DNA from: Takakia lepidozioides
Lineage: Eukaryota > Plantae > Bryophyta
Reading direction: 5' to 3'
Assembly: GCA_030704615.1 (NCBI GenBank)
Contig: CM060731.1
Span: 2,728,001-2,792,000 of the forward strand
DNA: 64,000 nucleotides
The position numbers and the translations under genes are program-made. The stretch's first letter is position 1; every line of letters begins with the position of its first letter. The notes below the pieces were generated by a model, which was not told the DNA's origin, did not search any database, and was given only the letters and a program-made list of their open reading frames with translations. Shown here piece by piece: positions 24,204 through 34,107 of this stretch.

Positions 24204-24486
24204 CACTGATCATGGGAACGGGGGCCTAGTTATCATTCCTGACGTGACGTGGCGCTGACACGTCGGCCGTCACGTCCGACATGCGTCACGTCACGTCGAA
24301 TCCGGACATTTACCCATGTAATTTTTTTTTTACATTTGACTTTTACGATTTACTTCTACCCTTTGTAATGACATGGCAGCCACGGTGTAAAACAGACGTG
24401 GCCAATTATTAATATTTTTTCATTCTTCTAAAAAAATGATTCAGCCTATATTCACGGTCGCATATAATTTATTATTTTTAATAAAA

Positions 24487-25010
24487 GCAACCGCCCACAT
24501 TGGCGGTCGTTTGTAATTTAATATTTTGTTAAATTAAGCGACCGCCAGTATTGGCGGTCGCCGGTAATTTATTTATTTTTAAATGAAGCGACCGCCCATA
24601 TTGGCGGTCGCCCGTAATTTATTTATTTTTAAATGAAGCGACCGCCTATATTGGCGATCGCCCGTAATTTATTTATTTTTAAATGAAGCGACCTCCAATA
24701 TTGGCGGTCGCCCGTAATTTATTTATTTTTAAATGAAGCGACCTCCAATATTGGCGGTCGCCCGTAATTTATTTATTTATAAATGAAGCGACTGCTGAAA
24801 TTGGCGGTCGCCCGTAATTTATTTATTTTTAAATAAAGCGACCGCCGAAATTGGCGGTCGCCCGTTATTTTTTTATTTTTAAATGAAGCGACCGCCCATA
24901 TTGGCGGTCGCCCGTAATTCTTTTATTTTTAAATGAAGCGACCACCCATATTGGCGGTCGTCCGTAATCTATTTATTTTTAAATGAAGCGACCGCCCATA
25001 TTGGCTAGTC
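24487..25010. repeat. ~51-bp tandem array with palindrome GCGACCGCC-N6-GGCGGTCGC, upstream of the kinase gene
   Basis: About 10 units such as aaatgaagcgaccgcccatattggcggtcgcccgtaatttatttattttt. Confidence 0.95.
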
Positions 25011-25423
25011 GCGCCGCGCTGACACGTAGCAAGGCGCCGCACCTTTTCGAGCATAATGTCATTTTTTTTGGGGGGGGGGGCTGGTGGGCGCCTATATAAA
25101 CCATTCCCCCCTCCTTTTCTGATCACTTTTGCCCCTCTTGTGGTGCGGTTCATTGGCATCCTGTAGTCCTTTCGGACTTCGTTGCTTGGCACTGCCAACG
25201 GGAGGTGCAAAGGTGATTATTTGGGGGGGGGGAGAGGTTTTGTTGGTTTTCTATTGGTCAGTCCCACACACTTGTTCACGGTACAATCATCGTATCACCA
25301 TTTTGCCGTTTCCGGATCTCCGGCAGCCTGTTTTTTTGCAGAAAACTACGAAGACACCATCCACACGCGTTCATTGCCATTTTTCTGAGGTTTTGGACCC
25401 TGTAGTGGGCAAAGGTTTATACA

Positions 25424-26886
25424 ATGTCGGGGGTTGTGAATTCAAGTTCTGGGGCGGGATCGTCTGGGGGGCGGAGGAAGAGAAAACGTGCCCACGAGCG
25501 GGATAGCCAGGTTAACAAGCCAGACTACCCGGGACCGGATGCCTTGGATAGGGTGAAAGAAGTGGTAGCGGATTATTTCAAGGGTAAGGACATAATGAGG
25601 CTGGAGAGTGCTTATGTTAGGCATGGATGGGAGGGGTTTCAGATTTTTCAGCAAAATATGGAGAGAAAAATGACAAACGCTTTGGCGGGGGCTAAGTGGA
25701 CGGCGAACAGGGGCAAGCCGAAGTTCAATCGGTGGATCCAAAGCAGGGCGAAAGACGTCACGTGGAATTTGAGGCAATTAATGCAGACATGGAAGGGTAG
25801 AACAACCCAGGGTCGAGTGTCCTCCGCCGAAGCTGAGTTGATGCGGCGTGTTGAGTATTGGGCTTGCTCGGCAAGTCAGAATTCACATCGCCGGACTAGG
25901 GTTGTCCCTTGGAGGCGGGGTCATCGGGCGGGGAAGGCACAACTGGTCTTTATTACCTGAACTCTACTGCGAAGGTGGTAGAGATTGGCCCTTACAAAGA
26001 AGGAGGGTATGCTAAGGTCCGTCACTGTAGGATTGTTGGCGATTCTAGAATATCGGAGCGTTGGGAGCTAGCGGGAAAAAAACCCAAGTCCAAAAATCCA
26101 GAAAAGGCGTTGAGACAACATAACGACGAGTGTTTGGCAGTGAAGTTCCAGCATCCGGGTGTTATCTCGTATTTTGCTGTGAATGCACGTGAGGTAAAGG
26201 GTTACACTCGCTGGTGGAATGGGGGGACAATACGCGACATGATGAACCTTGACAGAAAATGGGGCAACAATTCGGACAACAGGGTGATTTTGGAACAAAT
26301 GGGAACAGAAGCAGAGTTCCAGGAATGCAATCGCTTGCTTCGTTTCCGGAAAGTGCGCAGTAAACTTGCATGGGCACTGGTGTGCATCATGGATGTTGTC
26401 CACAAGAAAGGTGTCCTGCACAACGACTTGTCCCCCGACAACATCTTGTTGCATTTTCCAGATGGCACCGAGGAGATCAAGATTGGGGTGTGTGATTGGG
26501 GCTTAGTCACCCCATTGGGCATACGCAAAGCCTCGTTGTACCAGTTTGAAAACCAAGACAAGTTGGACCGGGAACTCGCGAAAAGATGGTGGGTGGAAAA
26601 AAATATTGCATCGGTTTTCAATACGAATGTCACGCCCCCCCCCCAACAGGACATGACGTCGGAGGCCTTTGCCGTTGGGAAGATAGCGGTATGAATAAAT
26701 GACGGCGCTCATTATGATCAAAGTATGTTCCATGACCAATCTACGGGAGGTTGTTGACATTCAATGCTACAAAGATTGTACGACAACAACAAAAATGAGA
26801 GAGTCACATTAGCCCATGTAGTACTTCGGTTCATGGGCAAGCCATTCAATTGGCCTGAGCCGAAAGACGTATATAGGACGGAGTAG
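25424..26886 (+). pseudogene. TE-borne intronless protein kinase with an NLS-like N-terminus (frameshift and premature stops)
   Basis: RRKRKR; Gly-loop EGGYAKV; LAGK lysine; HNDLSPDNILL catalytic loop; DWG. Homolog at 49700-51199. Confidence 0.85.
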
Positions 26887-27585
26887 ACCATAGTCTCGTA
26901 GATATGAGATTTCTGGCGGTACAATGGTTCTTTTATGAAGACATAACTCAATTTTGATCGTGCATGTAATAAATAAAGTCCCATTGTAAATATTACATTG
27001 CATATGCTCGACCCTGGCACCTGTCATCGCAACATAAATGGTTTGTGTACTAGCTCACTGTTTACATTTATAATGTTCCAAGGTTTCGGATAGGGTTATG
27101 AGAAAACGATGTATTAGTTCCGTAGGAGCTAGACAACAAACGTCTCATCTCATTCAACTGTGCGACACTACCATGAGAGGCATGGATCGGAAAGTAATAG
27201 GTGCACATGCGACCTCCGAACGTTTGATACTAGGTCTCTACTTAAACGTGCGGAGGTCGTATGTACACCTATTATTTTTTTATCCATGCCACTCATGGTA
27301 GTATCGCCCAGTTGAATGTGATATGGAACGTTTGTTGTCTAACTCATATGGATCCAATATATCATTTTCTCAGTACCCTGTCAGAAACATTGAAACATTC
27401 GCAGTTACAAACAGTGCCACAATACACGGCCGGTTTTGTTGAAATGACATTTGTGAGGTTCGAGCGTATGCAATTTATTATTTACAACGGAATTTTATTT
27501 ACTCGGGGGACCGGTACTGCTGTTGAAGCGCAACTGATGGTGCGAATTCTCTATTGATTGGAGCTGTCACAACCAATGTCAACAA

Positions 27586-27932
27586 TCATATTTACGGTAA
27601 GGTGTTTCATGCTATTGTTGTTCATCTAGCTGAATTTTGTAGTACTCTTTTTGTTATTCCCATGCCAACGTCCTCTGAGACTGTCATGTTCAAACGGATG
27701 TATCAGCCACCCCGGCCAGCTTGCAAGCTACAGCCATGGCCCACCATAAATTGAATGAATTGAAGATTTTGTGCGAAGTTCCTGGTTTCATGTCCGTGGT
27801 GGCTGATACGGAATTCGGAATATGGCAGTCGCAGTGGACCTGATGTTGTTGGCATAGGAGTAGCAAAACGATTCCTAAATAATTCTGCTACATGAACATC
27901 GGCAATATGAAACACCTTGCAGTACATATGAT
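27586..27932. repeat. Imperfect inverted repeat (~85-bp arms)
   Basis: AAGGTGTTTCAT...ATGCCAAC versus GTTGGCAT...ATGAAACACCTT. Confidence 0.75.
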
Positions 27933-28242
27933 TCTTGAGATTGTTTGCACGGATTATTTGTGTTTGTGCTTTCAAGTGACGAACATTTTCGCCATGGTGC
28001 GGAAGACGTGCATTGGCCACATTAAACGGTTGATGTGATACCATTTCACAAATGTATCACATCGCATTTGTGAAAATGTATCACATGAACCGTTCCATGT
28101 GGCCTACGGGAGTCTTCGATGGGTACGAGATCAATGTGGCCTACAAGATCTACTTCCACCAACAAACATGTGATCATTTCAAAACGCTAGAACTTTGAAG
28201 CGACGATGGGCAAGGTTCTTCATCCAGATGTTCAACATGCTG

Positions 28243-28541
28243 AGGTCTTCTGTAATGTCTCTTGTTTCGTAATGAGGTGCTTCTCCAACTCTTATTTTTC
28301 CAATTCTAATATCTTCCATCTGGAACATATCCACACATGCGTATATAACTTAAGAAAAGAAATGACCATCAAAACTGGAAGCTGGGGATGAGGCTTATAA
28401 AAGCTGAGATGGTCATTTGTTTTTTTAAGGATTTATGCACACATATGTGGATCTGTTCCAGGTGGAGAATATTAACATATTGGATAAAGTGGACATGGAG
28501 AAGCACCGCATTACGAGGCAAGAGACACTACAAAAAGAGCT
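28243..28541. repeat. Imperfect inverted repeat / foldback (~130-bp arms, ~40-nt loop)
   Basis: TGTCTCTTG..CGTAATG.GGTGCTTCTCCA...AAATGACCATC versus GATGGTCATTT...TGGAGAAGCACC.CATTACG..CAAGAGACA. Confidence 0.85.
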
Positions 28542-28559
28542 TCAAAGGGCATACCATGT

Positions 28560-30970
28560 AACAGGTCCCAGTATAATCAAAGACGAAACCCCATTCATTC
28601 AATGGACGATTGAATGGTTGCCCATCCAAATGATTTTTGTTTGCTTTCAATCTTTGCCACTATGTTCAACATTCCATGTATCAGGTCCAGGACTAATATC
28701 AGATCAATCGAAATTCATTCAATGGCTCAACGGATGGTTAGCCATCAAAATGATTTTGGTTCGCTTTGAGACTTGGCCACTATGTTCAATGTGCCATGTA
28801 AGAGGCCCCAGAGTAATATGAGATCAATCAAAATTCGTTCAATGGGCCAACGGATGGTTGCCCATCCAAATGATTTTCGTTCGCTTTGAAACTCCCTCTG
28901 ATACGTCCCAGTGTAATACGAGATTAATCAAAAATCGTTCGATTGTCCAATGAGGCGTTCACTTGTCATCTAGTTTTTGTTCAATGCGAAAAAGAAATCC
29001 TGCAATGCGTGCACGGCTATTGCACCCATTGAACGGATGTGGTTGAAGCCCCTCTTTTGCCCGCATGTGCTTGAACATGTGTGGGACACATGTGCGGAGA
29101 CACAACAGATGAATAAATCATTTGCCTCCCCTTCGACGCGCTCCCCCCTCAAGCCATTCCACAATTTAATTGAATTTAAATTTATTTTAAGCCAATAAAT
29201 AGGTTTGCACTACCTTTCAGTGGGGGTTTCTGGCACGTATTGATTTTGTTTTTGGCTCAATTTTGTTCTGCGGCTTCCAACATCCCACGGCTACTCCCTT
29301 GCCAAAATTTGGACCAATAAAAAAAGCCCCCAAAAAAAAAAAATCTCTTCGCTCATTATTGCAGAACTCTCTATAAAGAATGCATGAAGTAGAACACAAA
29401 TCAAAATTGGAGTGCAAAACAGGGAAGAAACTGTGGTTTTGGGTCCAAATGAATTTTGATCGCTCCCAAATTTGGCACGCACGTTGCATATGGCTACATT
29501 ACACGTCCCATTCAAAAACAGAATGAAAAAAAAAATCGTGAGCACGCGAAACACGGTCCAACAGGTCCCAAAGCAATAGTAGCTCCAACAGAATACATTC
29601 AACGGGTGAACGGATGGTTGCCCATCCAAATCATTTTTGTTAGCTTCCAAACTTTGCCAGCACGTTTCAGACACCCTCTCACAGGTCCCGGACTAATATC
29701 AGATCAATCGAAATTCATTTGATGGCTCAATGGATGGTTGGCCATTGAAATGATTTTGGTTCGCTTTGAGACTTGGCCACTATGTTCAATGTGCCATGTA
29801 AGAGGCCCCAGAGTAATATGAGATCAATCAAAATTCGTTCAATGGGCCAACGGATGGTTGCCCATCCAAATGATTTTCGTTCGCTTTGAAACTTGGCTAG
29901 TGTGTTCAATGTACCCTCTGATACGTCCCAGTGTAATACGAGATCAATCGAAAATCGTTCGATTGTCCAATGAGGCGTTCACTTGTCATCTGGTTTTTGT
30001 TCAATGCGAAAAAAGAAATCCTGCAACGCGTGCACGGCTATTGCACCCATTGAACGGATGTGGTTGAAGCCCCTCTTTTGCCCGCATGTGCTTGAACATG
30101 TGTGGGACACATGTGCGGAGACACAACAGACGAATAAATCATTTTCCTCCCCTTCGACGCGCTCCCCCCTCAAGCCATTCCACAATTTAATTGAATTTAA
30201 ATTTATTTTAAGCCAATAAATAGGTTTGCACTACCTTTCAGTGGGGGTTTCTGGCACGTATTGATTTTGTTTTTGGCTCAATTTTGTTCTGCGGCTTCCA
30301 ACATCCCACGGCTACTCCCTTGCCAAAATTTGGACCAATAAAAAATGCCCCAAAAAAAAAAATCCTCTTCGCTCATTATTGCATAACTCTTTATAAAGAG
30401 TGCATATAGTAGATCACAAATCAAGTTTGGAGTGCAAAACAGGGAAGAAACTGTGGTTTTGGGTCCAAATGAATTTTGATTGCTCCCAAATTTGGCACGC
30501 ACGTTGCATATGGCTACATTACACGCCCCATTTAAAAACGGAATGAAAAAAAAATCGTGTGCATGCGAAACACAGTCCAACAGGTCCCAAAGCAATAGCA
30601 GCTCCAACAAAATACATTCAACGGGTGAACGGATGGTTGCCCATCCAAATCATTTTTGTTAGCTTCCAAACTTTGCCAGCACATTCCAGACACCCTCTCA
30701 CAGGTCCCGGACTAATATCTGATCAATCGAAATTCATTCGATGGCTCAACGGATGGTTGGCCATTGAAATGATTTTGGTTCGCTTTGAGACTTGGCCACT
30801 ATGTTCAATGTGCCATGTAAGAGGCCCCAGAGTAATATGAGATCAATCAAAATTCGTTCAATGGGCCAATGGATGGTTGCCCATCCAAATGATTTTTGTT
30901 CGTTTTGAAACTTGGCCAGTGTGTTCAATGTACCCTCTGATACGTCCCTGTGTAATATGAGATCAATCGA
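28560..30970 (-). repeat. 120-bp-monomer satellite with a 1020-bp higher-order unit (~2.3 copies)
   Basis: Blocks at 28921, 29941 and 30961 are in register; same family as 1-3596 in reverse complement. Confidence 0.9.
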
Positions 30971-31416
30971 AATTAGTTTGTGCTTTGAGAACTTTGTGGG
31001 TATGTTCGTAGAAAGATCATAGATTTCGCGAAATGATTATGAAATACGGAGGGACCAGACGAAATTTGTTTGGACCCGGACCGTTCGTAACTCGTTATAA
31101 CTTATTTGTTAACATCAATTTTTCTTGTTCTCCAGCTTTCGGAGTTCATTACCCATATACACGTCATGACCAAATATGACACCATTGTAAATTTGTTTAC
31201 AGGGTGAACTACTTCTTCCCCATCACACGAGTGTAAATGTGAAGAAAACGCTGCTCATGCAATTGAATTTGGAAGGTGTCGCACATGTGCATTGTGTATT
31301 AACAAAATTGGTGATATACAAACTTGGCGGAATGCCATCACTGTGTTTTCCAACAATATTCAAGATACAACAAAAATACATATTGTATATGTGTTACGCT
31401 GCCAGTCATTAAAAAC

Positions 31417-33755
31417 CTAGTTGTCATTGTCTGAAGATGTGGAATTTGATGCTGTGGCCTGATTTGCACTGCCAATTGCCAGAGCTTGTGACCGTGATCT
31501 CGTGGTCAATGAGGGGCCTAATGGCATGTGATCAATTCTGGCCTGCATCCGTCTACTTCGCGGTGAAAGTTGACTTTCTTCTTCACTCTCACGACGTGGC
31601 GGAGGTGGATCGAGAACAAGTGCTCGGGCTGCATGCAAATCGGCAACGAGGCCGTCCACATCCGGCAATACAGCCCCCGAAACACGATGATAACGGTCTG
31701 TCCATAATCGCCTCCATTTCTCTACAACTGCCTTGATGGTACTTTTGAAACTTTCCAACTGCCTCTCGCGGGCCCTGTCCCTAATCATTGTGTTGTTTCG
31801 ACGATAAGCCACCTCGTACGTATTATTCATTCGGCGTTGACATATTATAGCATCTTCCAGTTCGGACAACAACAAATGTCTCCCAATCGGTTGTCGGTCA
31901 TACAATTCGTTCTCCTCTGGCACCCATGGAACCTGTGGGATCCGGATAAACCTGGACCTTCTTTGACTCCAATGCCCTCCCAGATTGCGGCAAAACTGCT
32001 CTCTCTCCCACCAATCTCGAATGCCTCCAGCACGTATGGTTATCTCCCAATCAGATGTGACCCAGAAATATTGGGAATCTTTGATGTATACCGGGTTTCC
32101 GACATGTATGCCATGCATCTCTCTGTCTGCATCCCATACCAAGTTCTTGCCCCAATGCACACAATTCAGAAATGTGTATGGTAGCCCATCCAATGGAAGG
32201 TTGTGTCGATTGTATTCAAAACCTATAGGCATCCGATCCTCCAAGCCCACCAGCTCATAGAAACGGCGATGGATTGGTGTACGACATTCTGGGCAAACGC
32301 TCGTCCGCAAGGCTTGCGGGATAAGACATGTGAGATGGAACATATGTCCACATGATCCAAGCACATGACATCCCTCTGGGCCGTATGGATTCCTACACAT
32401 CGAACAAACTGTGCCATCTGATATCCACGACGGCAAAACGCTTCGTGGTATTTCCTCCCTCTGGGCCGGTTTGATGTGGCTGGTCATCCTTGTTGTGGTG
32501 TCCCACTCTTCCTCTATCTCCAATTCCCAGTTTATGCTTTTGTTCGACCCCGAAATTCTATGCTCACATCGATCGAACATAAAATCCACATTTGCCCAAT
32601 TGATATACCCGGCGAACACACTTGATGCGATGCGGAGATCGTTATACCTTTGCATGTTGGTATAAATGCTATCCACGCTACAGTTCGACATGCGTGCGAT
32701 ACGTCGCAAGCCTGACAGTGCCCGCTCTACCCGTGCTTCTCTGGAGGCCAAATGGGTCGCCCATTGTATCCAATTCTCCCAATCGCCATTCAATGGGACC
32801 CATGTCTAAATCTCCAGTGTTTTGGACAAGCGCCATGCAGTTGTCATGACAATGTCCCGCTCCTTTGTAACGCGGTCGACATCTAATATCGGGTTCATCT
32901 CCGATTGAATGGCGACCCTCGAGCATTCCCCGGTTTCCAGTACTGGTTCTTTTCCTTTCCTCATTCTCTCATCCGCTATTCGCTATTCCTCAACCATGGT
33001 TTCATCGGCCACAGGGTCAAGGACGTCCGTAACTTCCTGAATGATGAGGTCAATACTGCGAACGGGCATCGCAAACTCCGCGTCCAAGTCCACGACGTTT
33101 GTTCGAACCTCATTGTGGACAACAGTGCCTTCATTGTTTGGAGGCATGTCTTGCAATCTAGCTTCCAACTCGGCTATGCGCAGTGTTTGCCAGTCTAGTC
33201 GGTCCTGCAGGGTCCTGATTCGCTGGTCTCTTTCCGCTAGTTGTTCCTCTAACGTTGCAGCTGGTTGTATTCCGAACGTGTCCGGGATGTACTCCAAATC
33301 GTATAGCAACCTTGCGTTCCTCCTACCAACAGTTTGTCAATTCACTGGACGCAAGAGTATGACCTCTACGTACAACATGGCTGCCAATGTGTACGAGATT
33401 TGACCCTTTAAGAGAGGTTGACCCCACAATGTGCAATGCACCTCATTCGCCCTATGCTGGAAATGCAAGTTCGTGCAAGACCTGGACTCTGCGTAATTGT
33501 TTCGGGTTTGCACGTCATGCCTATCCAAAGGCCACAATCGATTGATGTGGTACCATTTCACGAATTTTTTGCATCTCGTCATCGGCCACCGGAACTCTTC
33601 CGGAACATCCTCCCAGCACTCTTCTGTTAGTATGCTAGGGTCACCAAATACTTCCTAATTCAAGTCTTGCCTTGACCATTTGATTTTCTTAAGGGCGGTC
33701 CATGTTCATTGGGGTCATCTCTTCCATGACGGTCATCGTCCTGGCCCTCTGCCAT
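31417..33755 (-). pseudogene. TE-borne RING-H2 protein (diverged paralog of 3689-6221)
   Basis: 458-aa open segment with CSMC...CGHMFHLTC...CPEC. Upstream fragments HINRLWP..RHD and AAMLY.E.ILLRPV match copy A. Confidence 0.85.
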
Positions 33756-34107
33756 TCTACAACAATCGGAACAACACTAAATGAGGTTTTCTAAAAACAC
33801 GTAATTCTAAACCCTTCCCCCGTTAAGTAGGTGTGAAAATAGTTCCTAAAAGCTAATTTTGTAGAATAAAATGATCTTGGAAGCCAGAAGAGGGCCTATG
33901 GGAGCATTCTGCAATGACCTCACAAAAATCGCGGCAAAAAATACCCCCCACCCAGCCAATGGCCTCCTTATCCACGTGTCATGGAATAATGAAATGCCAC
34001 GCACACAAAAGTTGTGTGGAGAGGAAATGAGGGGAGAATAAGCCTCCCTTGGCTTATATCCCCCCTACCCTCATTTCTCGGGCCACGTGCAGGGCGAATC
34101 TTCTAGA

